From positions 1 to 29,860 of the forward strand of contig JAYUVP010000348.1 in the NCBI GenBank assembly GCA_043753995.1: a stretch of 29,860 bases of DNA, written 5' to 3'. Source of the stretch: Fibrobacterota bacterium. Lineage in GTDB: Bacteria; Fibrobacterota; Fibrobacteria; UBA11236. Positions 1-8,693 of the stretch are shown one piece after another; within the stretch, counting starts at the first letter, position 1, and each line of letters starts with the position of its first letter. Position numbers and translations under genes: made by a program. The notes under the pieces are model-generated. The model did no database searches. It was not told where the DNA came from and saw only the letters and a program-made list of their open reading frames with translations.

Positions 1-438
1 AAATGGCAGAAGGATCCCGGTCATAAGACTGAGTATGGTAACTCCCCAAAAAAGGTTCAAATATTTCAGAATCAATAACCGGGATGCATCGTTCATGAAA
101 TCGGCATTGATTTCCGACAGCCAATTCAATAAATAAATTCCGAGAACAAATGAACATGCGATAAATGGAACGGCAATCGTTCGCTCTCGGCCCATGACAA
201 ACTGCGCTGAATAGAAGAGCAACCAAGAACCGAATATTTGATAGGAAAGGACGAAAGGGGATCGATTCTTCTCTAAGAAGTTCTCCAAGCGAGCAAAGGC
301 GGTTGGGTCTGATAAGGAGTGGGTTTCATTTTTTCGTTTTACGGCGGAATTTTCAATCGTGGAGATGGAAGTGTGGGTATGGGTCGAGGTCGCCAGACTC
401 GCAGTCCGAGTCATGACATGGGATTTTATCGCTTGCAT
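1..438 (-). CDS. Partial (runs off left edge) membrane protein, probable UbiA-like prenyltransferase family
   Basis: Absent from the ORF track; translated by hand. Open frame from ATG 438, with AAGGA upstream, to base 1: MQAIKSHV...IAVPFIACSFVLGIYLLNWLSEINADFMNDASRLLILKYLNLFWGVTILSLMTGILLPF. Several hydrophobic helices, and YLLNWLSEINADFMN resembles a degenerate UbiA NxxxDxxxD motif. Confidence 0.55.
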   Translation of the reverse strand, partial: MQAIKSHVMTRTASLATSTHTHTSISTIENSAVKRKNETHSLSDPTAFARLENFLEKNRSPFVLSYQIFGSWLLFYSAQFVMGRERTIAVPFIACSFVLGIYLLNWLSEINADFMNDASRLLILKYLNLFWGVTILSLMTGILLPF

Positions 439-730
439 GCGTATGAATCCTTTTTTGTGTTCTGGATCATTGATAATGATTCGAAATGCGACTTCATAGG
501 GAAGTTTCGGTATGAAATGTTTTTTGACCGCGGCAAGACCAGAGTATCGGAAAGAAAATCGACAGAAAAATTTGATTAACAATTACTACTCGACCGCCAT
601 AGAGCAATGATGCCGCCAAGCCTCAGAAGGCCAATTGGCACTAGATGAATCGCAATGAATCGCTTTTATGAGTACTTACAGCAACTAATCACATTTTGGA
701 AAAAAAGGAACCCGAATTCGAATACTCTGT

Positions 731-1261
731 CTATGCTGTCCTTTGATTCCAAGGAGTCTCTTGCATGGGCGTTGTAATGTTTTCGGCGCTTTCCTCCGAT
801 TTGTTACCCAAGGCTTTTGCATTTCGTTTGCGCTCATGTCGTTGCAACAGGCGATAGATATAGGCAACGCTGACATTTTGCCCGACGGTTTTCAAAACTT
901 CCGGCATCAATTCCTTGGCCTTACGCGCTTGGCCATTGGATACCAAATCCTGTAAGCGATCCACCAAGGCTTTTTCCTGATCGACGCTCAAATAGGCGCG
1001 ACGGCGACCGCCGCGGCCTTTGCGATCCAAGCTGTCTGGGCCGCCTTGATTGTATTGCTTGATCCACAACCACACGGCTTGTTTCGAAACCTGCAATAGC
1101 TCCGAAACCCTGTGGGCGTGAAAGGGACCCTTGAGCGTCATCCAAATGGCGAGACGTTTTCTCAGGGCATCGGCTGTGGGGGCTTCATGCACCCATTCAG
1201 CCATTTCATCGAGCGACATCCACTGGGAGATATTGGCAGGCATTTTCATAGATAGGCCCAT
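731..1261 (-). CDS. IS630/Tc1-type helix-turn-helix protein (transposase N-terminal DNA-binding region only, no DDE domain)
   Basis: The pattern VSELLQVSKQAVWLWIKQYNQGGPDSL...RGGRRRAYLS..QEKAL...VSVAYIYRLLQRH is typical of IS630 N-termini. The real start may be ATG 1249, because an extended -10 (TGgTACAAT, 1268-1260) overlaps ATG 1261. Confidence 0.7.
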   Translation of the reverse strand: MGLSMKMPANISQWMSLDEMAEWVHEAPTADALRKRLAIWMTLKGPFHAHRVSELLQVSKQAVWLWIKQYNQGGPDSLDRKGRGGRRRAYLSVDQEKALVDRLQDLVSNGQARKAKELMPEVLKTVGQNVSVAYIYRLLQRHERKRNAKALGNKSEESAENITTPMQETPWNQRTA

Positions 1262-1340
1262 TGTACCATTGCCCCATTTTTGTAAGGCAAGGTTTTTTTA
1301 CCCTAATTTGAACTGTTGGGTTCTTGATATTGAGAGGTTT

Positions 1341-1355
1341 TTGCCCACTGGGCAA
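1341..1355. promoter_or_regulatory. Perfect palindrome TTGCCCA-C-TGGGCAA, candidate operator in a divergent promoter region
   Basis: 7-bp inverted repeat with a 1-nt spacer, between the divergent HTH gene and rnhA. Confidence 0.35.
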
Positions 1356-1428
1356 GGCATTAAGACTTTGACGTCGGTCACAGGAAGGAGGTAACCGAAA
1401 CTTTCGTTTTTCTAGGTTTGCCGCCCCA

Positions 1429-1896
1429 ATGAGCGATCGCATTACGATTTATGGAGATGGTTGTTGCCTCGGCAATCCTGGGCCAGGAGGCTATGGGGTG
1501 GTCATGCGTCAGGGCGAGCGCGTCAAAGAACTTTCCGGCGGATTTCGCAAGACCACCAATAATCGCATGGAAATTCTGGCCGCAATTATCGGCCTCGAAG
1601 CCTTAAAGGGACGGCAAAAGGTCGATTTGTACTCAGATTCGCAATATGTGGTCAAAGCCATGGAAGAGGGCTGGGCCCTGAAATGGCGACGTCAAAATTG
1701 GATGCGCAATAGCAAGGACGCGGCGGTGAATCCCGATTTGTGGGAGCGCCTGCTGCGCATTTGCACCGAACATACCGTGAAATTTCATTGGGTCAAGGGG
1801 CATGCCGGCAATCGCGACAATGAGCGTTGCGATGTCCTTGCCAAAGAAGCCGCACAAAAACCGGATTTGGAGCCTGATTTGGGTTATTCGGGATAA
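1429..1896 (+). CDS. rnhA: Ribonuclease HI
   Basis: Motifs DGCCLGNPGPGG, TTNNRME, SDSQYV, NPDLW, WVKGHAG and NERCDVLA. Confidence 0.97.
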   Translation: MSDRITIYGDGCCLGNPGPGGYGVVMRQGERVKELSGGFRKTTNNRMEILAAIIGLEALKGRQKVDLYSDSQYVVKAMEEGWALKWRRQNWMRNSKDAAVNPDLWERLLRICTEHTVKFHWVKGHAGNRDNERCDVLAKEAAQKPDLEPDLGYSG

Positions 1897-1952
1897 ATGG
1901 CTTCGGCGCCCTAGCCTTTGACCAGAGGCTTGGCATTTATTCCCTTGCCCTT

Positions 1953-2729
1953 ATGGCATATAGAGCGGCAAATAAAGCGGCAAACAAAACGGGATTGAAA
2001 TCCGCCTCCGTCGAGGCGGAACCGCTGACCGGAAAGCGTTATCGGTATTACGACCTGGTCATGGCGGCCTTTGTCACCGTCCTCCTATGCTCCAATTTCA
2101 TCGGGGCCGCAAAACAGGCGACCTTGACCTTACCCTTGGTAGGCGCGGTGACTTTCAGCGCTGGTGTGCTCTTTTTCCCCATCTCCTATATCTTTGGCGA
2201 CATTCTCACTGAAGTCTACGGTTATGCGCGTGACCGGCGGGTGGTGTGGGCTGGGTTTGGCGCTCTCGTCTTCGCTTCGGGGATGGCATGGGTGGTGGTG
2301 AATTTGCCGGCGGCTTCCAGCGATTGGATGAAAACCTATCAGGGTCAATTGGAAGGCGTTTTCGGCAATGCCTGGCGCATCGCGGCGGGATCCATGCTCG
2401 CCTTTTGGGCGGGTAGTTTTGCCAATAGTTATGTGATGGCCAAGCTGAAGGTGCGTACCGAGGGCAAATGGCTTTGGGTGCGCACCATAGGTTCGACCTT
2501 GGTTGGCGAAGCCATCGACTCGGGAATGTTTTATGTCATCGCCTTCGCGGGAATATGGGCGACTCCCGATTTGATCAAGGTGGCCTTGACCCAATATGTT
2601 CTCAAGACGGGCTGGGAAATCTTCATGACTCCCATCACCTATCGCGTGGTGATTTTTCTCAAGCGCGCCGAGCATGAAGATTATTTCGATCGCGATACGG
2701 ATTTCACGCCCTTTTCCATGAAGGCTTGA
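1953..2729 (+). CDS. yhhQ: Queuosine precursor transporter (VUT/YhhQ family)
   Basis: Motifs GVLFFPISYIFGDILTEVYGY, LWVRTIGSTLVGEAIDS and TPITY; six to seven hydrophobic segments. Confidence 0.9.
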   Translation: MAYRAANKAANKTGLKSASVEAEPLTGKRYRYYDLVMAAFVTVLLCSNFIGAAKQATLTLPLVGAVTFSAGVLFFPISYIFGDILTEVYGYARDRRVVWAGFGALVFASGMAWVVVNLPAASSDWMKTYQGQLEGVFGNAWRIAAGSMLAFWAGSFANSYVMAKLKVRTEGKWLWVRTIGSTLVGEAIDSGMFYVIAFAGIWATPDLIKVALTQYVLKTGWEIFMTPITYRVVIFLKRAEHEDYFDRDTDFTPFSMKA

Positions 2730-2732
2730 ACG

Positions 2733-3851
2733 ATGTCTGAGACCTCTATCGACATCCTAGGACTCACCTACGAAGCCATGTCGGCATCCTTTGGCGCCTT
2801 GCATCCCAAGGCGGGCAAGGGCGAATATCACGGCGGAGCGGTGTTTCGTTCGCTGTATCGCGAAGGTCGCTTTGAGCCGAAATCGCTGCCTGCCTTTCTG
2901 GCCAACCCCACCTTGGCGGCTAAGGCCGCCGAGTATTTTCGCTTTGCCTTGCCGCCGGTGATTAGCCGGTCGGGCGACGGCGCCACCTATAAGTTTCTCT
3001 TGCGCTTGAGCGACGGCCTCGTTTCGGAGTCGGTGGTGATTCCCATGCGGAATTACAAGGCTTTATGTATTAGCTCTCAAGTCGGTTGCAAAATGGGCTG
3101 CACCTTTTGCGAAACGGCACAAATGGGATTTCTGCGACATTTGACTCCCGGTGAAATCGTGGCTCAGGTGATGGTGGCGCGCCATGTCTTGGGCGAGCGC
3201 ATAGAAAACGTGGTTTTCATGGGCATGGGCGAGCCGCTCGACAATTTCGACCCTGTCTTTAAGGCCATTCGTATTCTCTCCGATCAGCGCGGCCTCGATA
3301 TTGCCCAATGCAATATCACGGTGTCGACGGTGGGCAATGTGCCGGCTTTGCGGCGCATGGCGGAATCGGCCCGTCTGCCTAAGGACCAAGGCTTTCCCCA
3401 TGTGCGTTTGGCGGTCAGCCTCAATGCTCCCAATGACGAAATTCGTTCCCGCATTATGCCGGTGAATCGCAGTTGGAATATGGCCGAATTGCGCCAGGTG
3501 CTTTCCGAGTATCCCCTGCATCGGCGCGGGGATTTCATTTTCTGCGAATACGTGCTTATCCCCGGAGTGAATGACGCGCCCGAGCATGCCCGCGAAGTCG
3601 CAGCTTATCTACAGGGATTGCGTACTTGCGTGAATCTCATTCCTTATAATCCTCGCAACGAATCGCCTTTCGCCAAGCCCGATAGCGAATCGATTAAGCG
3701 CTTTTTCCATGAGCTCATGGATGCGGGACAATATTGCCGTATCCGCGGCACTAAGGGCCAAGAGGCCATGGCGGCGTGCGGCCAATTAGGTTTGCGTGAG
3801 TTGGGGCGCCGTCCGGTACCTCGAAAGGAAAGCCATGAAGTCCTTGCTTGA
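2733..3851 (+). CDS. rlmN: Radical SAM 23S rRNA (A2503-C2)/tRNA methyltransferase RlmN
   Basis: CISSQVGCKMGCTFC (CxxxCxxC), FMGMGEP, EYVLIPGVND, VNLIPYN and AACGQL. Confidence 0.92.
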   Translation: MSETSIDILGLTYEAMSASFGALHPKAGKGEYHGGAVFRSLYREGRFEPKSLPAFLANPTLAAKAAEYFRFALPPVISRSGDGATYKFLLRLSDGLVSESVVIPMRNYKALCISSQVGCKMGCTFCETAQMGFLRHLTPGEIVAQVMVARHVLGERIENVVFMGMGEPLDNFDPVFKAIRILSDQRGLDIAQCNITVSTVGNVPALRRMAESARLPKDQGFPHVRLAVSLNAPNDEIRSRIMPVNRSWNMAELRQVLSEYPLHRRGDFIFCEYVLIPGVNDAPEHAREVAAYLQGLRTCVNLIPYNPRNESPFAKPDSESIKRFFHELMDAGQYCRIRGTKGQEAMAACGQLGLRELGRRPVPRKESHEVLA

Positions 3852-4377
3852 TTCCGGAAAACGGATAACCGCGACTCGACTCTCACCGGTTTGGTTTGCC
3901 CGTCTCGACACGTCGCTTGGTCCGTGGATGGCCGTCGCCGATGAAAGCGGGCTCATCGAGCTTTCTTACCAGGATGGCGATGATGCACGCCTGCCCGATC
4001 CGACTTGGACGGAGGACGCGCAATGTTTTGTCCAATTGCAGGGCGCCCTTATGGCCTATGCCATGGGCAAAGGCCCCTTACCGGATTGGAATTTGGGTCA
4101 CTTAGGTGCTACCCCATTTCAGCGTCGCGTGTGGCGGGAATTGCAACGCATCCCTTATGGCGAGGTTCGCACCTATGGCGATATCGCTCGCAGCTTGGGT
4201 CAACCCGGCGCCTCGCGCGCCGTCGGCTCGGCCTGCGGACGCAATCCCATACCGCTTTTCATCCCCTGCCATCGAGTCATCGCATCGGGCGGGGGGCTCG
4301 GTGGTTTTTCCTGCGGACTCGATGTGAAGCGTCGGCTCTTGCGACTGGAAGGCGCGATAGTGAAAGGCCTGCAATAG
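3835..4377 (+). CDS. ogt: Methylated-DNA-protein-cysteine methyltransferase
   Basis: Motifs TPFQRRVW, IPYGEVRTYGDIA, RAVGSACGRNP and active-site PCHRV. ATG 3835 chosen because AAGGAA precedes it. Confidence 0.93.
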   Translation: MKSLLDSGKRITATRLSPVWFARLDTSLGPWMAVADESGLIELSYQDGDDARLPDPTWTEDAQCFVQLQGALMAYAMGKGPLPDWNLGHLGATPFQRRVWRELQRIPYGEVRTYGDIARSLGQPGASRAVGSACGRNPIPLFIPCHRVIASGGGLGGFSCGLDVKRRLLRLEGAIVKGLQ

Positions 4378-4400
4378 CCCGTAGCGCGAAATCGTGCCGG

Positions 4401-5333
4401 TTACCAACGGCCTTCGAGGCCGAGAGACGGGATATAGGTCCAGCCTTTTAAATCGGCGGTGCTGCCGTACAGGCGATAGCGCCCATAGTTTTGCCAATAG
4501 GTGGAGAAAGACCCGACTACAAACAAGTATTTATAGCCCAGGCGCAAATTCACGAAGCCTCCGTAAAAGGGAAAGCTCGATGAGCCATGTAAGTCTCGAA
4601 ATGGCGCTGTGCTGCCATCCTCTTTTTGCTCGACCCAATTTATCAACGATGTGCCATATTCGATGAAGCTATAACCGAAGACTGCGCCGGTGGTGAAGCC
4701 GCCAATGTCGCCGCGATGGCCAAAGTTTTTCCCCAAGGCCAAGGGGAAAAGCAAATCACGACGGGTGAATTCGTATTTGAGCATGCTTTGCAATTTGTCG
4801 AGCCCAAGTACCGAAGGTAAATCGAAACTTTGGGTGCTGCCCTGCAAGCCCAGGCTTCCGCGCCAGGCATTATTGGGAGCCGCGCTATCGCGGGCCAATG
4901 GTCCCAGGAATTGATAGCGCATGTCGAGGGCATGCGCGCCTGCCGCATACCGATAGCCCAGGTCCAGTCTATCCCATAATCCGAAGCGGGCATAGAGCGC
5001 CGGCTGAAAGCCAAGCGGGTCCAAGCTATAGGCGAAGAGGGCCAGAGTGATTTGATCGATTTCCTTGGCGGTGATGGCTCCTGAGTCCTGAGAAACCAAT
5101 CGATCGATGGCTTTATCCAGGCCGCCGTAAAGAGCCTTGCTGGTTTGCGTGGGCACATTCACCGCCACATCATAACCCACACGCCAATGGAATTTTGGCG
5201 TGGTCTCAGCGGAAATATCCACGGCCCGCGGGGCCGTGCAGGCATTGAAGGCGAGAGCGAAAAAGCCCAAAACGACGGCGAGGCCGAAACCTAATTTGGG
5301 CCCGAGCAGGGGAGTGGGGAAGTGGCTCGCCAT
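4401..5333 (-). CDS. Hypothetical lipoprotein / outer-membrane beta-barrel-like protein
   Basis: ATG 5333 gives a hydrophobic leader and lipobox-like LAFNA-C. Amphipathic strand-like segments follow, ending ...SLGLEGRW with a terminal aromatic residue. The ORF-track extension to 5726 overlaps lgt. Confidence 0.7.
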   Translation of the reverse strand: MASHFPTPLLGPKLGFGLAVVLGFFALAFNACTAPRAVDISAETTPKFHWRVGYDVAVNVPTQTSKALYGGLDKAIDRLVSQDSGAITAKEIDQITLALFAYSLDPLGFQPALYARFGLWDRLDLGYRYAAGAHALDMRYQFLGPLARDSAAPNNAWRGSLGLQGSTQSFDLPSVLGLDKLQSMLKYEFTRRDLLFPLALGKNFGHRGDIGGFTTGAVFGYSFIEYGTSLINWVEQKEDGSTAPFRDLHGSSSFPFYGGFVNLRLGYKYLFVVGSFSTYWQNYGRYRLYGSTADLKGWTYIPSLGLEGRW

Positions 5334-5362
5334 TCCGGTCAGCAACCGATGCCGTCCACGGC

Positions 5363-6223
5363 TCACGACGCTTTGACCTGAACCGATCGCATGGCGAAAA
5401 ATCGATACAAGTAAAAGCCTATGCCCGCCACTATCATGGCGAGGCAAAGCACCTGTCCCATGCTGAAAAAATCGAATAGGACGAAACCCAAATGCGCATC
5501 GGGTTGGCGGAAAAATTCGATGCCGAAGCGGGCCACTCCATATCCGATGAGATAAAGCCCGGCCATGGAGCCTTTGGGCAAATTGCGCTTGCGGATAATC
5601 CATAACACTGCGAAGAGCGCCACGCCTTCGAAAAAAGCCTCGTAAAGCTGGGAAGGATGGCGCAAGCCATGCCCTGGGGCATCGGGAAACTTCATGCCGA
5701 GCGAAGAAGTGGTTTCGCGTCCCCACAATTCGCCATTGATGAAATTGCCGAGGCGACCGAAGGTGTAGCCTAGCGGGGCGGTGGAAAAAAAGAGATCACA
5801 CAAATTCCAGAAATCCGCTTTGCGCTTGCGTGTGAAAAGCCAGGGTCCAACGATAGCGCCGATGAGCCCGCCATGATAGGACATACCGGATATGCCGGTG
5901 AATTGCAAACCATGGGCCCCGCTGCGCATGGGCAAAATGATTTCCGCGGGATGCTGCAAGTAATAGTCGAGATTATAAAAGAGGACATAACCCAAGCGCC
6001 CGCCGATAAGCACACCCAGAAAGCCCCAGGTGAGTATGTCTTTCAGAAAGTCGTCGTCATACATGGCGAAGCGGCTTTCGGTACGCGTGCGATGCCGGGC
6101 CAGGATATAGGTGAAAACAAAGGCCACCAAATACATGAGTCCATACCATTGCACCCGAAACGAGCCTATTTCGAAAATCACCGGACTCATATGAGATGGC
6201 AGATCGCGCCAAAATTCAAGCAT
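5363..6223 (-). CDS. lgt: Prolipoprotein diacylglyceryl transferase
   Basis: Motifs WYGLMY, GGRLGYVLFY, GMSYHGG, GRLGNFINGELWGR, HPSQLYE and SMGQ; GAGGA Shine-Dalgarno. Confidence 0.97.
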   Translation of the reverse strand: MLEFWRDLPSHMSPVIFEIGSFRVQWYGLMYLVAFVFTYILARHRTRTESRFAMYDDDFLKDILTWGFLGVLIGGRLGYVLFYNLDYYLQHPAEIILPMRSGAHGLQFTGISGMSYHGGLIGAIVGPWLFTRKRKADFWNLCDLFFSTAPLGYTFGRLGNFINGELWGRETTSSLGMKFPDAPGHGLRHPSQLYEAFFEGVALFAVLWIIRKRNLPKGSMAGLYLIGYGVARFGIEFFRQPDAHLGFVLFDFFSMGQVLCLAMIVAGIGFYLYRFFAMRSVQVKAS

Positions 6224-6365
6224 GCTATTCCTCAGCCAGGGCCAGGATGAAAATCCAATTCAATGCAGGCGAATGTAGCAACGGGCATAGGCGGCACCTG
6301 GGCCAGCCCACCCTTGTTCGCTGCACCCTGTGCAAAGCGCACCTAGCCTACCTACGCTTTCAGCC

Positions 6366-7259
6366 ATGAATGACTTTCGCGACTTGGTGATTCGACGCTT
6401 TCAAGCGGTGCAAAACCACATCTGTGATTTTCTCGCCGCCGAAAACGGCCAAGGCTATCGCGAAGATGCCTGGGATTATGGCTCGGGACGTGGCGGCGGT
6501 CGCTCGCGGGTTTTTGATGGCGGCTCCTTGCTGGAAAAGGGCGGCGTGAATTTTTCCGCGCTTGAAGGACAATCCCTGCCGCCTTCTGCCGCCACGGCTT
6601 TTTCCATCGCCCCGGGCACGCCTTATTTCGCCTCGGGGGTGAGCTTGGTTTTGCATCCTCACAATCCTCATGTGCCCACGGTGCATTTGAATATTCGCTA
6701 TTTCCAAGCGGGCGACTTGTGGTGGTTCGGGGGCGGCATGGACATGACGCCCTATTATCCACGCGAGGAAAGCGTGGTGGCATGGCATGTCGGTTTACGC
6801 GATTTGTGTTCGGCCCATGGCCGCGATTATGGCGAATTAAAAAAAGCCTGTGACGAGTATTTCCACCTCAAGCACCGCAATGAAGCCCGCGGAGTGGGCG
6901 GGATTTTCTTCGATCACCTGCGCGGCGACCGTCAGGCCGATTTGGACTTCACCGTAGCGGTAGGGGAGGCATTTCCCGGGCTATTGGCTCCGGCCCTGTC
7001 GGGACGCGATGAAAAGATTTTGCCTGAGCAGAGGCAATTCCAACTGTACCGTCGCGGACGGTATGTGGAATTCAACCTGGTTTATGACCGTGGAACCTTG
7101 TTCGGCTTGCAATCTGGGGGGCGGATCGAATCCATTCTCATGTCTTTACCGCCTTTGGCCAGTTGGGTTTATGACTTTCGTCCCCAACCCGAATCGCCCG
7201 AGGCCGCCCTCACCGACTATTGGCTTAAGCCGAAGGATTGGGTTTCCCTAGCGAAATAA
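6366..7259 (+). CDS. hemF: Oxygen-dependent coproporphyrinogen III oxidase
   Basis: Motifs EKGGVNFS, HPHNPHVPTVHLNIRYF, WFGGGMDMTP, RGVGGIFFD and RRGRYVEFNLVYDRGTLFGL. Confidence 0.96.
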   Translation: MNDFRDLVIRRFQAVQNHICDFLAAENGQGYREDAWDYGSGRGGGRSRVFDGGSLLEKGGVNFSALEGQSLPPSAATAFSIAPGTPYFASGVSLVLHPHNPHVPTVHLNIRYFQAGDLWWFGGGMDMTPYYPREESVVAWHVGLRDLCSAHGRDYGELKKACDEYFHLKHRNEARGVGGIFFDHLRGDRQADLDFTVAVGEAFPGLLAPALSGRDEKILPEQRQFQLYRRGRYVEFNLVYDRGTLFGLQSGGRIESILMSLPPLASWVYDFRPQPESPEAALTDYWLKPKDWVSLAK

Positions 7260-7332
7260 TCCGGGATGATTAGATTACGCAAATCCTAGGTGGGAGGGTT
7301 AGGGGCTCCTTCTTGCCGCACTCGGAGGCGTT

Positions 7333-8001
7333 GTGAAGGTATTTGGAATTTTGCCCTTATGCATTTCTATGCTCGTCAGCTCATTGGGCTGGACCGGCGA
7401 AGGCAAACCCTATTGGATTACCGGGGCATTTACGCCGGTGATTTGGGACGACAATTACAAGCTCGGCTTAGGCCTGGCTGCAGGTGGGCGAACGCAATTC
7501 GCCAATCACTGGGAATTCGGTGGAGAATTTTTCGATACCCATTTTCGGCCGCGACTCGACGGCTTTAAAGCGGTCAATGAAATCGGCGCGCGCGCCTTAG
7601 CCGTTTATCCCTTGCCCACGCATACGCCATTCACCCTGAAGTTGGGAGGCTATCTGGGATGGAATCGCTTGGAGGGAAAGCATGATTATTCGAGTTTCGG
7701 CGGTGTCGCCGAAGCGGCCTATGATTTGAATCCACCTTGGGGTCTTTTCTTGCAATTCAGCCCCGGCTTTCTCTACGGGGAAAATAGCCAGGCTGTATTT
7801 CGCCTCGCCTTGGGCGGCAGCTATGCCTTTGGTTCGGCAGTGAAAACCAGGCCAGCCCCCAAGCCCAAGTATGTACCGCCTCCACCTCCGCCGCCTAAGC
7901 ACTCTTTTGAAGGCACCATGGTGCCTTTGCCGGAAAATGAACCCGAGGAATACTTGCTCCGCGACACCGTGAGATTCAATTCGCGCGGAGAATTGCGCTG
8001 A
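7333..8001 (+). CDS. Outer-membrane beta-barrel protein with proline-rich C-terminal extension
   Basis: GGAGG SD with GTG start, signal peptide, about 8 amphipathic strands ending LGGSYAFG, then PAPKPKYVPPPPPPP. Confidence 0.7.
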   Translation: MKVFGILPLCISMLVSSLGWTGEGKPYWITGAFTPVIWDDNYKLGLGLAAGGRTQFANHWEFGGEFFDTHFRPRLDGFKAVNEIGARALAVYPLPTHTPFTLKLGGYLGWNRLEGKHDYSSFGGVAEAAYDLNPPWGLFLQFSPGFLYGENSQAVFRLALGGSYAFGSAVKTRPAPKPKYVPPPPPPPKHSFEGTMVPLPENEPEEYLLRDTVRFNSRGELR

Positions 8002-8693
8002 TGTCTGATCTGGCAGGTTCCTCGTCCTCCCCGCCCACTCAGGAATGGCGCCAAGCGCCCAAGGTCAAGGCTTGGGAAAAGTCTTTGCTGGATGCTGGCT
8101 GTTCCCTGCAAGAATTGGAATTGCTGCAAGGTTTACGCAAGCGTGATCAATCCTTGCTCTTCGCCTTGGTGCAGGCCAAGGGGCTCGATCCTGAAGGTCG
8201 TCCGCTTTTGCCCTATGCTTTGCTTCGGGGCTCGGCTTGCATCGTGGTGCCAGCGATCACGGTTGCGGAAACCGGTGAGGAACTTTTGCTCACCGTGTGG
8301 CAGCGGCGCATTGCCCATGGACGCCTTTCCCTGGAATTCCCCGCCGGCATGCTCGACGAAACCTTGCACGATCCCATCGGGGTGGCCCGCCGCGAATTGG
8401 AAGAAGAAACCGGCCTCGTCGTTCGTCGTGAACAACTTTTGCCTTTGGTGCAGCGCCCCTTGTATAGCAGCCCCGGCCTCAGCGACGAAAGCATTTGGTT
8501 TTATGTCTGTCCCGTCATCCTCACCCGCAAGCAATGCGAATCCTTTCATGGCAGCGACGCAGGCGCAGCTCATGAAGGGGAACATATTCGCGTGGCCTTG
8601 ATGACAAGTCAAGAGTTGGCTTCGCAAACCGACTCCCTGCAAACACGCTTGGCCTTGCATCTTTTCGAAGCATGGAAAAAAAATCCAGCCTGA
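8001..8693 (+). CDS. Nudix hydrolase, ADP-sugar/ADP-ribose pyrophosphatase-like
   Basis: Nudix box EFPAGMLD...ARRELEEETGL, plus YSSPGLSDE and EGEHI motifs. Confidence 0.88.
   Translation: MSDLAGSSSSPPTQEWRQAPKVKAWEKSLLDAGCSLQELELLQGLRKRDQSLLFALVQAKGLDPEGRPLLPYALLRGSACIVVPAITVAETGEELLLTVWQRRIAHGRLSLEFPAGMLDETLHDPIGVARRELEEETGLVVRREQLLPLVQRPLYSSPGLSDESIWFYVCPVILTRKQCESFHGSDAGAAHEGEHIRVALMTSQELASQTDSLQTRLALHLFEAWKKNPA

Noticed and set aside
319..579. 86-aa plus-strand ORF
   Set aside because: No recognisable motif, and it overlaps antisense the better-supported minus-strand membrane ORF and its upstream region.
670..1400. Intact IS630 element
   Set aside because: No DDE domain in any listed frame, and no terminal inverted repeat pair found by eye.
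1897..1952. preQ1 riboswitch upstream of yhhQ
   Set aside because: No preQ1-I stem-loop with an A-rich tail in this short spacer.
2733..3851. Cfr-type resistance methyltransferase
   Set aside because: SSQVGCKMGC matches RlmN rather than Cfr, and the context is housekeeping.
5334..5726. N-terminal extension of the 441-aa ORF
   Set aside because: It overlaps lgt in another frame; the signal peptide begins at ATG 5333.
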